A DNA stretch of 64,000 nucleotides. Source: Amphiscolops sp. MND2022. Its lineage: Eukaryota. The DNA lies in contig OZ076409.1 in NCBI GenBank assembly GCA_964187785.1, positions 20,400,001-20,464,000 on the forward strand, written 5' to 3'. The position numbers and the translations under genes were made by a program. Below are positions 13,565 to 25,820 of the stretch, in pieces. The stretch's first letter is position 1, and each line of letters begins with the position of its first letter. The notes under the pieces are model-generated. The model saw only the letters and a list, made by a program, of their open reading frames with translations. It ran no database searches and had not been told where the DNA came from.

Positions 13565-14424
13565 ATTACACTTGCGATAAGCAAGTGTTATGTGAAAGTG
13601 CGGGTGCTTTTTTTCCGCGCGACAACTCTCGTTTCAGACCGCAAGTCGCATAGTCTGAATATGTGGCCGTGCAAGTAGCAACTTCTGGCACATGGCATGG
13701 CGGTTAATTAGGATTTTTTGAGGTCTGCCAAGCAGAAGGACGTCGGTTTGAGTCTCGCCTTCGTCCAGAATTTATTGTGCATGTTATTTCTGCTTTGTGA
13801 GACTTTTTTTCGCAAATTCTTTCAATGTCCCCAAAGGGTCCTCCTTCATTTTTTTCTATTTTGTAAAAGAATGGATGTTGGAAATATTTCAAAGTGCCCC
13901 CCTTTTACAGTTTTCGGCATTGTGGGATTTTTCAAATCGAATAATTTTTGTATTAAAATTAGGTTTTCTCAGGCCCAGCCCGCTATATCAGATTCTTGTT
14001 TTTTTAAAGACCGCTGTTTTTTCTATGCGACTTTTTTAAAATTTGTTTTCATCAAAGCCCACTCAATTTTTACTAGAAACGAAACGTTTTGCGAGCATAA
14101 AGCACTGCTCAAGGTTTTCGGCACAATAAGACTTGCCGGAGACCTTCATCAAAATAATTTTCGAAAATATTTTTTCCTCACTTTTCTGTTTTTTAAAGGT
14201 TTACAATTGAGAAAGTTGGGTTTTCTGTTGTTTCCAGTTGGAGAAAAATTGTTTTCGAGATTTATGGGTATCCCTTTGGGCTTTTGTGGCGTAAAATTGA
14301 TGAAATTTTAACAATATTGTCCTTTTACCCTTGGCTCTCCGTATGATATTGCTTATTTGGGTTTCGTCAAAAGTTCGCAACTTTCTCCGCAAGTGTTTGC
14401 GAAGCACGGCTTCGCCTCTGTGTT
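13565..14424 (+). mobile_element. Helentron-associated non-autonomous element (HINE/DINE-1-like), terminus type 2
   Basis: 5' subTIR TACACTTGCG with adjacent inverted copy GCAAGTGT; 3' subTIR CGCAAGTGT (14388-14396) followed by stem-loop GCGAAGC-ACG-GCTTCGC and end ...GTGTT; T-rich insertion site, no TSD. Confidence 0.7.
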
Positions 14425-15830
14425 AAATGTGGAATCAATGATTCAATGTAGCATACAATAAAGGTGACATCGTAACCATACATCTGAAATACCACAATAC
14501 CCAAATACTAAGTTATCACCAACGCACAATATAAAACTTGAATTCACAGGACGGTTCACCATTTTGTGATTTGAGCTGAAGAGGGAGTCAAGAAAGGCCT
14601 AAATTGAGCATGTTTTATCATTTTTAGACTCTACTACTGACTATTACTGTAATTATACTGCATATTTGTTGAGACTGCTTGTAATGATAAGTTTGTTGGT
14701 AATTCTGACAGTCCATTTTCGTTCGCTGGAATTTCTCAGATCGTACTGATCAAGTTGCTGATAACTGAAAAACGGTATTGACAAGTAAAGAGGCACGGGC
14801 GAGTCGGTATAAAGACGGTATACGAAGCATAAGATTTTGTACTTAATTCTTTTTTGAACAGGAAGCCAATGAAATTCATTCAAAAGTAAGTTAACATTAT
14901 AATTTCCTTGATGAAGAAAGAGGCATGCTGCTCTATTCTGAACTCTTTGCAATTTTTTGATCATGTAGTCCGGAGCACCATATAACAGTGAGTTACAATA
15001 ATCGAGTCTACTGATAACGAAAGTGAGAATCAATATTTTTGTGAGATTGAATGACTATTGTTTTCGAATTGATGTTATTTTTCTGAGGTGATAGTTGGAC
15101 TTCGCACAGGTGCTGTTGATGAAAGAAGAGAAACCTAACTTATCCAAAGTAACTCCCAAAACTTTGACACTGTGTTAGATCTCAATTCTGATCCCATCGA
15201 TAGTGACTGTCTCGGGAAGACGAGTTCTTTGATTTCGTAACGAACTTACATTGAGTTTTTGAACTGTTTACTTTTAATTTCAAGACGGCTAATGGTTTCA
15301 AAACATTGGCAACTATCTTTTCATGTTTCAACAAATTGGCAAAGGTTGCCCCCAGGCCAAATTCCAAGTAAATTGTTATGTCATTGGCATAGATATGATA
15401 ACTAGAAACAATATAATTAAGTAGAGACCTCAAAGGGAGTAAGTACAGAATGAAGAGCACTGGCCCTAAGAAGGATCCTTGAGGAACACCTGTTTCAATA
15501 GATTTTTCCTCAGAGTAGCTTCCATCTATGAGGACACATTGTGTTCGACCATTCAGGTAGGATTTTATGAAGGAATGCACCTGACAAATAATCCCAATTT
15601 GAAATAAAATCGACAGAAGTATTTCATGATCCACGGTGTCGAACGCTGCTGATAGATCTAAGGATATCACCAGGAATGTTCTCTTGTTGTTCAGGCCCCA
15701 TAGGAGATTTGAAGTTAGGTGTAATAACGCTGTCTCTGTTGGATGATATTTTCCATACGCAGATTGAGGCTCGTCAAACACTGCATGTTTATCCAAAAAG
15801 CGTTTGAGTTGCAGAGCAATGACTTTTTCA

Positions 15831-16366
15831 AACAAGCCGGGAACGGCCCAAGTCGGCGCCATATCTAAGGCTCAAAAATAACAAAAGGACTTCAAAGTGT
15901 CAAGTATTCTCTTCTACAGTACCCGTTTGAGGAAAAATTGAAAAAAAAATTCCGATTTTTTTGAAATTTTTTAAATTTTTTTGGTCTCCCGTAAGTCGCA
16001 TAGTGCCAAAACATGTAAAATGGGGCCCTTTGGAAGTTTTTTAACATCCATACTTTTGCAAAATAGACAAATAAATGAAGGGTGGACCATTTGGAGATAT
16101 TTGCGAAAAAAGTCTGACAAAGCCGAAAAAACAAATTTGCACAAAAAAATTTTGGTCATGGCGGGACTCGAACCCATGTCATTCTGCTCGTCAGACCTCG
16201 AAAAAGTCGTAATGGCCAAGTGGCAGTGAAGTAGCGTGACACAGTTTAGTGTTCGCGCCGGTTTAGTACCAACTTATAAAATTCATAAAATCTGTCAGTT
16301 CGTTGGTCTTAAAAAAAAAGAAGTCACTACTATAGTCTGCGTTTTTCTTCGAAAAGCGCCGACTAA
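15831..16366 (-). mobile_element. HINE (Helentron-type non-autonomous element), terminus type 1
   Basis: Minus strand reads TTTAGTCGGCGC..GACTATAG (5' subTIR plus inverted repeat) ... GCGCCGACTT-GGGCCGTTCCCGG-CTTGTT (3' subTIR, stem-loop, DINE-1-like CTTGTT end). Inserted in a T run of the LINE without a TSD. Confidence 0.75.
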
Positions 16367-16814
16367 AAATTTTGAAGCGAAATGCAAATTCGTGATTGGT
16401 CTGTAGTTTGATATTTCTTCGATGTCACCACTTTTAAAAACTGGTATAACTATCCCATGTTTGAAGGCACTGGGGAAGACGGCATTAAGGAAAGACCCAT
16501 TGATAATCTCAGACATCTGGTTATAGGAAAATGACAATTTCTTCAGAAATCTGGAAGGCACATTTTGACTAGGTTGAGACTTCGACGACTCTTGATTGCT
16601 AACAAGCACTACATATATGTTATCAGATTTTTCGAAGGTTTCCAGAAAGTCTCTTGAGGCCGGGATTTTCAAGCGTACTAAAACTGCCGGAATGGTTTTA
16701 GGAATATTCTGAATTTTGGATAAGAAAAAATCTTTATATTTGTTTGCTAATTTCACACGAGCAAAGTCCGAAGACAGAGTTAGCTTCTTTTTAGATCCAA
16801 GGAGGGTTCCAATA

Positions 16815-17370
16815 GGTAAATGGTCATTTGGCCTAATGCCATTTGGCTTAAAGTCATTTGGCTTAATACAATCGGTCACTTGGCTTAACTTTTTAAGCTA
16901 AGTGTCTCGGGTATTGGTCACTTGCCTTAAAGTCATTTGACTTAAGAACACTTAGTTGAAAACACGTGGCAGTTGTTGTCGAATTTATCTTTATAACGTA
17001 GTCAGCATAATATTATAACATGTCATATCAAGTACTCCTCGGATATGTCCCCGTTTCCTCTAGTGCCCTGCGGCCCCTTGGGACCGCTTTTATTCCCATC
17101 TTGCTAAGCGAGGTCGAACAGGAGCAAAGACCTAGCGGGAACGAAGATCGCGAAGCGATTGTCGTGGGAGCTGGTCTTTGCGACAGTTAGGGCGAGCGTG
17201 CATACACCGCGTATGCCCCACATTATGATGTTTCCGGGAGTTGACATATTTATTCCTTGAGTTGGAATGGAGTTAGCTTAACTTTGTGGTCACCTGGCTT
17301 AAAACTTTTTAGCCAAATGACTCGACGAAAAAAATAGGCCAAATGGTATTAAGCCAAGTGACTGGTAACT
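16815..17370. mobile_element. MITE (TIR family B, CATTTGGCTTAA-type subterminal repeats) carrying core cassette 2
   Basis: Ends GGTAAATGGTCATTTGGCCTAAT / ATTAAGCCAAGTGACTGGTAAC(C/T); TSD TTCCAATA (16807-16814) and TTTCAATA (18984-18991, displaced by a later insertion); core 2 at 17060-17223. Confidence 0.7.
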
Positions 17371-17376
17371 TTTCAA

Positions 17377-17716
17377 GGGTGGCTGTAAAGAGGTCGAATT
17401 TTTCTGGTCGAAAGGGCAGAAGTCGAACCTTTTGATCGAATTGCAGGGATCGAATGGAGTGCGGTGGAATTCGATCGTATTTGTTGTAAGGCTCGGTCGC
17501 TTCGCTCCCTTCGCCAAGTGGGCAACATTGAGGCATGGCCATATGGCACGTTGCTTCGCTTCTGCATTCAGGGCACTAGGGGTATGTGAACATAACTGAC
17601 TACGTTAAAAAAATTTCGATCCGAGTTGTTTCGATCCCATTCAAAAATTTGGTATGTCGACCTGAGAACTAACTCTGATTTTCGATCCCGTTCCTTCGAC
17701 CTAGTTCCGCCCACCC
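17377..17716. mobile_element. MITE family C copy 1 (core cassette 1)
   Basis: Ends GGGTGGCTGTAAAGAGGTCGAA / TTCGACCTAGTTCCGCCCACCC; near-identical to 18642-18980 and, inverted, to 54383-54742. Confidence 0.85.
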
Positions 17717-18641
17717 ACGTTCCACGATACTTCAGAGGCTGTCGTTGAACTTCCAAACCTAGCTGCGGTACATGAAACATATTCGTGCTAACACTTCAAG
17801 TGAAAATCGATGAGCTCTTATGTGTGAAAAGACTTTCTACATTTTTATCAATTTTGCCTCTCGTTGAATGAACGACTTAGTTCAAAAGTTCACAAACAGA
17901 GATCATAAACATTCTTTATACAGCTTCGTTCGAACAGCTCATCAGACGGATATCTTCGATTTTTGAAAAAGATAACTCGAAGTACTTTCTTTTGGAGCAA
18001 AAGTATGTCCTTCAATTTACTTTTCTTCGTGCAACCGTATACTAAGACCGTATTAAATGATAGGCTTCATGTAAATGTTGGAATATCTGATCACTATTGA
18101 ACTTTTACAAAAATGTCTCAACCGCATTATCACTGATACATGTTTAGCCAATTTACCAGGTAAACTTCGAACAAGGGCAAGGAAGGTCAGATTTTCATTC
18201 CAGGTGAACATCCAGATATTTCACAGAGTGATTTGGTTGGACACATGATAGTATTTACCAATTTCACATTTTCATCCCGTCAGCTCAAGAAGTGCACAAG
18301 CTCAGTCTTTCCACTATGAAGGCTCAATTTAATTTTTGCCATCTACGACGGTATATGCTAAACTTCATTTTGAAGTGTCGACATAGAATTTTTCGGTCGG
18401 TTATAGACACAGTTGGTATCATTTTCGAACTTATTACCGTGCCCCCAAAGTAGAAATACTAAAACGGGGGACTACCCTCTTCACACAGGGCATCACACAA
18501 AAACTGTATCAGCCAGACACTCACTCTTTATTCAGTTTTGGATGTTACAGAGACTTTTGCTCAGCTCTCGACTTTCGCATATCTCGTAATCAGGAGGCAA
18601 AAGTTTTTTCCTCAGAAGGTGATTCAGTAGTAACGTTCCAC

Positions 18642-18980
18642 GTATGGCTGTAAATAGGTCGAATTTTTATTGTCGAAAGGACAGAGGTCGAACCTTTTGA
18701 TCGAATTGCAGGGATCAAATGGAATGCGGTCGAATTTTATCGTATTTGTTGTATGGCTCGGTCGCTTCGCTCCCTTCGCCAAGTATCAACATTGAGGCAT
18801 AACCATATGGCACGTCGCTTCGCTCCTGCATTCAGGGCACTAGGGGTATGTGAACATATCTGACTACGTTATAAAAATTTCGATCGGAGTTGTTTCGATC
18901 CCATTCAAAAATTTGGTATGTCGACCTCAGGACTAACTCTGATTTTCGATCCCGCTCCTTCGACCTATTTCCGCCCACCC
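18642..18980. mobile_element. MITE family C copy 2 (core cassette 1)
   Basis: Direct repeat of 17377-17716; left terminus altered (GTATGGCTG instead of GGGTGGCTG). Confidence 0.85.
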
Positions 18981-19399
18981 ACCTTTCAATAGCTGCGAAT
19001 TTCAGCTTCGACGTATCAGCATCATAAGGTTTCTTCTCCAAAAACCTGGAACGTTTTTTATGAAAAAGCTTGAAGTAGTTTTCTGTCGCAATTTGCATAT
19101 GTAGTCTATCGATGTTGGACCGCGTTTTTCTGAATATTCTTTCCAATTGACGCCGTTTCTTACATGCTCTCAGTTCATTATCGTAAAAAGGGCAATCGTG
19201 TTTCGAGATAACTTTCCATTTCTGGAGGATGTTGGTCACTTATTGTTTGAAGGGTTTCCAAGAAACTGTCAATCAGAGGCGACCCTACGATAGAACGCAG
19301 GTGATAAAAACAATCTTGATTGAAATCTACTAGGTTAGCATTTTTCCAATTTCTGAATTTGACAACGGATCTTTCACGATTTTCCAGAAGAAAGTGATG

Positions 19400-19920
19400 C
19401 CCATTTCACATTAAACCTTGGCCAGATATCTTCAAATCGATGTTTTTTTTGCTGGCTCCTAAAGAGGACGCTGAGCTGGAATCACTAAAAGGAACCCTAG
19501 TTGACTTCATTTCGGTCTCTTTAGCTCTGCAGAGGAACAATATCAATCTTGCTGAGTCACGCCTACTTTTCGATGACTATTAAAAGTTTCCAATGCTGGA
19601 CAAGCAATATAAGTACCTTGGTAAAAGTTCACGATTGTTGACTACAAGCATTTGGAAGAAATGAAAGTTATGAAGATGATGGTATCGACTCGATCCGAAG
19701 CCAAGGCAACGATTTCGCGTCTTCTATTCTGGCTAAGGGGTATAAGTTATGTGATTCTCGATACATAAAACGTAAGTTTTTGTTCCCTACGTCGAACATG
19801 ATAAACAGTTTTTCAGCTCTGCAGGTTTTGCAAACAGTGATTTGCGGCACAATTTGACTCCGCAAAACCTCGAACAACAACTTTTCCTGAAAGTGTATAA
19901 GAAGTTCGGGAGTGTGAAAA
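19400..19920 (+). pseudogene. hAT-type transposase C-terminal remnant
   Basis: With one frameshift, 19785-19905 reads PTSNMI-x-QFFSSAGFANSDLRHNLTPQNLEQQLFLKVYK, the pattern of the hAT C-terminal dimerisation region. Upstream SVSLALQRNNINLAESRLLFD is also transposase-like. Confidence 0.55.
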
Positions 19921-20148
19921 CCATTAATGACATTCTGATTTTTTGAATGAGTTTGAACTCTGACTGAACTTTGTTTATCAGTTTTTTTTTGAAAATTTTG
20001 TTCCAATTTATTGCAAAAATTGTCAATTATTCATTGCAAGAATTCCAAAAAACCAAATGTTTAACGGACCTGTTTTTTTCAGCAATTATTGATCACCTTT
20101 TAATTGCCTACCGCTGTATTCAGTTGAAGCTCATAATTTCAGTGTGGC

Positions 20149-23100
20149 ATGCAACGGTTTCTGGTTGCAAAAACGCTTTTCAGTCGTTCTTGCAATTTCA
20201 CTGAACGGAACAGAAACCTTCTTCAATCGACTTTCAATTTAGCATTGGTAGCTCGGAAAGACTTCTTTTTCACTGGTCACTGTTGTGCTGATGTCGTTCC
20301 GTACAAGCTATCGGATATTGGAGAAGGGATCCGTGAAGTTGTCATAAAAGAATGGTTTGTGAAAGAAGGTGATGTGGTAAGTCAGTTCGATCAGATCTGT
20401 GAAGTGCAAAGCGACAAAGCATCAGTCACAATCACGAGTCGGTATGATGGCGTTGTGCGGAAGCTCCATTATGATGTGGATGATACTGCACTTGTAGGTC
20501 AACCTCTGGTCGACATAGAAACTGAAAAAGGTTGAGTTAAATTTTGTTGAATTCATTGCTGTATACTGTATAAAGTTAGGACCAAAACGTGATTACTCAG
20601 GAAATGATCGACGCAGATGAATCGGGAAACCTGAGGAAGGTTTATTCAGTTGTCAAGCAGTTAGCAGGAAAGCGGTCAGCTATCAGCGAGACAGTGAAAA
20701 ATGCTGACGGCCACCCGGTTCAAGATGCAAAGCAAAGAATAGAAGAATGGGCTAACCATTTCGAGAAGCTACTGAACCGACCACCACCCGCCACTGCCAA
20801 CCTGACAAAAAACCTACACAATCCCCTCTCCGAAATAAACACAGATCCGCCCACTCTCAGTGAAGTACAAGTAGCCATAAACAAGCTGAAAAGAAACAAA
20901 GCCGGCGGATTGGACAATAATACCCCCCGAATTCTACATAGACGGTGGTATCACACTCGAAAAGGTGCTGACCGAACTCCTACAATGTATTTGGACAAAA
21001 TGCTGCATGCCATCGGAATGGAAGACCGCCGTAATTGTTCCCCTATTCAAAAAAGGCGATAAAACAAACTGCGCAAATTATAGGTGTATCTCCCTTCTAA
21101 ATTTTGCTTGCAAGATCCTCCAAGCGGTTTTAAAGAACCGACTAGAACCAGCATACAAAGGTCGCCCCAACCAAGCTGGCTTCAAAAAGAACAAAGGATG
21201 CCGGGACCAAATCTTTGCAATACGACAGATCCTAGAACAACGTGAAGAGTTTAAGAGGCTGACCAACCTCATCTTCATAGATTTCAAAGCCGCGTTCGAT
21301 AGCGTTGATCGCAACTGCATCTGGCGTATTTGTAAAGACCTTGGCCTACCAGACAAACTTCTAGACGTTCTCCAAATGCTCTACTCGGAAACCTACAGCC
21401 GAGTCCGAGTATAGAAGACCATGTCACGCCAATTCAGCATTCTCAGTGGAGTGCGACAAGGCTCCATTTTATCCCCCTTTCTGTTTAACATCGTAATCGA
21501 TTGCATCATGGAACAAGCTCTCGAAGACGAAAATGTAGGCGTCGCGTTGGATGACATGACAATTGCTGACCTTGACTTCGCCGACAACATCTGTTTGCTT
21601 GACGACAACGGCACAGATGCCCAAAGGCTACTCGACAAAGTAACCAACTACGCTGCTTTAGTAGGCCTCCATTTAAATGTCGGCAAGACCAAATTCTGCG
21701 CCCACGACATCAACCAGAAGTTCCACGTTTATGGTGAAGAACTAGAGCGAGTCGAGGACTTCACCTATCTTGGAAGCAAGATCCAACTTGATGGAAATGT
21801 AACATCAGAAATCAAGGCCAGGATAGCGAAAGCTGCAGGTAGTTTCAACAATTTGAAAAGAGTTTGGAACCAGAGGAGTATCCCACAGCCAGTAAAAGTG
21901 AAAGTCTACAAGGCGTGCGTGAGAAGAGTTCTGTACGGATGCGAGAGCTGGCCAGTTAAGGAATCCGACCTAAGCAGCTTACAGTCCTTCGAAAACCGCT
22001 GTCTGCGACGTATATTCCATAAGGGACATGACATGCCCAACTCATTGATCACTTCACTGCAAAATGTGACCCTCTTGCCCCTACGATACAAAAGAGACGC
22101 TTGAAATGGCCAGGACATGTACTCCGTATGAAGTCCTCGGAAATTCCTAATGCAGTAGTTGAGTTTGAAAAAGGTGAAAACTGGAGAAGACCCCCGGCGG
22201 CGTACGCAAATCCTGGCGAAAAATTGTCCGTGAAGAGGTGAAGAAAGTTGTAAAACCGCCAAAGATGACGCTGAAGAAGTGGGAGGCACAGTGGTTTGAT
22301 CTGTGTAAAGAAACAGCCCAGAACAGAAGCCAATGGAGAGCAGTTATTCGCGACCTGAATGTGGCGGGCTAAGGGCAGCATTGCCTGTACAGCCCTATAT
22401 GGATATATATGGAAAACGTGATTATTGGAGCAAATCGGAAAATTATTTTTTCACGTGTTCATGCAATCGAATGTAGTGTTGGCCGGTAACCGATACTAGT
22501 ATCTACTAGTCACCAAAAGTTTATCCGGAATATGATATCTGATGACCTCCGCAGCCGCAGAGCATGAAATTCCCAAAGTTCGAAGCATGAGAAAAACGCG
22601 TATTCAGTATTTTTTGTGATTGATTCTGTAACTCAGTTTCTTGAGTTGAAATCTAGACGGAAATTTTCGCTCCTTTTTAGTGCACTATCGGTATGTGAAC
22701 GTAGCTAATCACGATTCCCTAATTCAGATTTTTACCTGATACCGTAAGAGCATAGTAGTATAACCATGTATGAGCTCTTTTCAATACATAGTGATAAAAT
22801 TTTGAAGTGCTGCTTCGAGCACTGAAAGTTGGAGATTTCATCAACTCATTTTGATTCACTTTGAAAAGCAGAATTAATGGAAAATTAGCGGATTCAGATT
22901 TGAAAATTATTGGAAACATAACATTAACTCAGCGAATACAGTTGATGATAATCAGCCTCATTAGTCTCCAGTGAGCGGATTAGTGCCCAATGGTTGTTTT
23001 AATTGAAAAGTAAGGATTTTTCACTCGACGCGTGAAAATATTCACTTGATTACCTATTCTGATTTGAATAGACTAATGATAAAAGTATCAAGACAAAGGC

Positions 23101-25545
23101 TTTTGAGCTCAAGTTCAATGTTTTGAAACTCCTGTTTCCCGATCCAAAATCTCGGGCAAAATAGATTGGTCAATTTAGAATTCAAACAATGTTGGAAATA
23201 GTTCAACCGCTCAACACTGAGTAACATTTAACATTGGTACATGTGTTCAGACGATGAAGCAGGTCCTTTGGATTCTATCGCTATTTCCAGCCCCGAAGAC
23301 TCAGAAGCGGAAGAGTTGGGTGCATCTGGATCTCCTTTGTTTGCAAGTTTGGATTCGAAAGACACAGAAACTGTCCAGAAGAAAGTTCTGGCCACTCCTG
23401 CTGTGAGAAGAATTGCAAGCGAAAAGGGAATTGACTTATCTCATGTTGGTTTGCAAGTTGCTTTGTTACATTATATCCTGGTGTGCAGCTGACTAAACAG
23501 CATTCATTTATTCAGGTTAAAGGAACTGGACCTGCCGGTAGAATTCTCAAAGAGGATGTTCTATCTTTTGAACAAGTAAGTTTTTTCTTGGTTTAGTTAT
23601 CTCTGTTCACTTGGTAAGGTTGACGATTGAGGTATAAATAGCAATGACTTTTGGAATGCGGTGTTAAGTTCAACCGATGAAATGAAGTTTTTTTCAAAAA
23701 ATTAGCATCTTGATTTAAGTTAATTGGTACCATTTTTAACGATATCATAAGGGTGTAACTGCTATTTTGAAGTATCAATTGAATTTATCTACCACTTAAG
23801 GGCTGAAAGTATTTATTCAGGGTGCCAGCCCCGAAAGTAAGAAGCCATCAACGCTGTCTATAGAAAAAGAAGTGCAACATGGTATACATGCGCCTTCATT
23901 CGAGACCGAGAGCATTCCTGCAGCGGCCGATCAGATTGTGAAGTTGACACCTTATCAGAAGGGCATGCACAAACTGATGACCGCCTCCTTGGAAATTCCT
24001 CACTTCACCTACTCGGATGAGGTCAATATGACGTCATTAGTGGAAATGAAATATCTGGTGAGTGCAAATCAACTTATATATTTTCGCAGAAAATAATGAA
24101 TGCAGTACTGCTGCCATATCAACTGCGCTAACTTTGCACTCTAAGGTCCGCCTTGAAGATTTTACAACGAAGCAGGAGAAAATTCGAAAATAATTATAAT
24201 ATTTAGACAAGTGCTATAGAGAATCACAGATTAGAACATGCTCAGTAAAATCTCCAGGGACAAATCAAATGTACGAGGTTTCAAGAGATTGCTTTCTTGG
24301 TAGAGGAAAGAAACCAAAACTTGAAGGAATGTCTTCTTACAAGACTTATGGCAAGACTTTTGATGTTCATATTACTCGCCAGTGTCAATGAAATCGAGTT
24401 GAATGACGTTTTCTGTCATCGTGGACTGTGTCCAAGATAGCGCGTCTATGTTTAATTTTAATTGACATTGCAAGCTTATAAACGGCTGAACTCTCTACAA
24501 TGGATGCGAGTTTATAAAAGCATAATCAAAGTACGTGTACAGGAATCATGCTCAGTAAAATCAGTGAGGTTCTTCGCAGGAAGCCATGGGCTCATAGTTT
24601 CTTAAAAGTTTTTTTTCATTTTGGGTAATTGCTAAAAAACTAAACCCAGGGTTACCGGCAGCAAAAACCAATGGCTTGTTTTAGATGAAATCGATGGGCA
24701 AAAAGTTGAATGTGAAGCTGACGTATATGCCGTTCCTAATCAAGGCTGCTTCACTGGCGCTTCTAGAATTCCCACAGATCAATGCTCTCTACAAGTCCAA
24801 GGAGGAGCTATTAGTCATCAAGGCTGCTCACAACATAGGCATTGCTCTAGACACACCCCTCGGTTAGCTGAATGTTTCATAGATCAGCATTGCTTGTGCA
24901 CAGGACATTCCTTTATCGAGTTTGTGTTTGTTCTCTGTTACTATCTTGAAGGTTTATATGGAGGAAGAATATACTTCACTCTGGTATATGAGAACTTTGA
25001 GATGGCATTTCGAAACTAAATTTTTGATAGGTTCTCCAGTATGCCTGTTACTTCAATTCCTCAAAGAAAACTTTTCGAACCATTCTCAAACTCTCCATCC
25101 AAAATAATTTCAACCAATTCTGTTCATGCTTTCAGGTCTGTTGGTTCCAAATATTAAAAACTGTGAGAAGAAATCCATCTTAGAAATAGCTACTGAGTTG
25201 AATGCAATTCAAGAGTTGGGCTCTAAAGGTGCCTTATCCCAAGCACAGCTGTCCAATGCCACATTTAGTCTATCCAACATTGGATTCCTTGGAGGAACGT
25301 ACACCAAACCAGTGATAGCCCCTCCAGAAATAGCCATTGGTGCAATCGGTAGAATCCAGAAGGTGCCCCGTTATGAGTCCTTCTCTCGTGATGGAGAAGA
25401 GCCCAAGGTTGTTCCGCAGCACATCATGAACATCAGTTGGTCAGCAGATCACAGGGTTTTGGACGGGGCCACCGTTTGTCGCTTCTCAAACTTGTGGAAA
25501 TCCTTTTTAGAAGAACCAAAGACAATGTTGTTACATTTGAAATAG
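20149..25545 (+). CDS. DBT: Dihydrolipoamide branched-chain transacylase E2 (BCKDH E2), mitochondrial; 6 exons, 486 aa
   Basis: Exons 20149-20530, 23251-23444, 23516-23575, 23821-24057, 24685-24862, 25136-25545, all GT-AG with consistent phase (1461 nt). Lipoyl domain [29 protein letters not shown]3-binding [24 protein letters not shown]; catalytic [12 protein letters not shown]. Confidence 0.96.
20596..22412 (+). mobile_element. 5'-truncated RTE-clade LINE in DBT intron 1
   Basis: RT motifs [47 protein letters not shown]; 3' TATATGGA-type short-repeat tail; 12-bp TSD AAAACGTGATTA (20584-20595, 22413-22424); contains a frameshift and a stop. Confidence 0.9.
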
Positions 25546-25820
25546 TTTTCAACTGTTCATTTTGAATTTGTAAATGATAGAGAAATCATTCTCGTATTTA
25601 TGTCGGTGGCATATTTCTGCTTATTTTTGTAATTAAAAATATATCGACCACTGTTTTCACTGTAGCAGACGCTGAGAGATATTCTTCGAATCGCAGAATC
25701 AGTAGTTTTAACAGAAATTACTGGCCAACAATAGCTATGATTTTAAAATAATTTGTATGTTGAAAGTTGTAGGCAAAAAACGAACAAAAAATTAAAATTG
25801 AATTCTCAAGCCCAATTTTC

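Larger units (their letters stand above)
14530..19310 (-). mobile_element. L2/CR1-group LINE ORF2 remnant split by nested insertions
   Basis: ORF pieces 18990-19239, 16367-16806 (NYRPITNL), 15182-15830 (LDLSAAFDTVDH, GVPQGS, YAND) and 14653-15033 (SRLDYCNSLL, HWLPV). The reading frame rejoins across the insertions (FAAIE|TLLGSK and FASKF|FEKVIA). Confidence 0.85.

Noticed and set aside
13718..14311. 197-aa Phe/Lys-rich ORF
   Set aside because: Lies wholly within a HINE, has low-complexity composition and no recognisable domain.
16145..16230. Possible tRNA gene
   Set aside because: B box is present but I could not fold a cloverleaf or assign an anticodon; it is embedded in a repeat.
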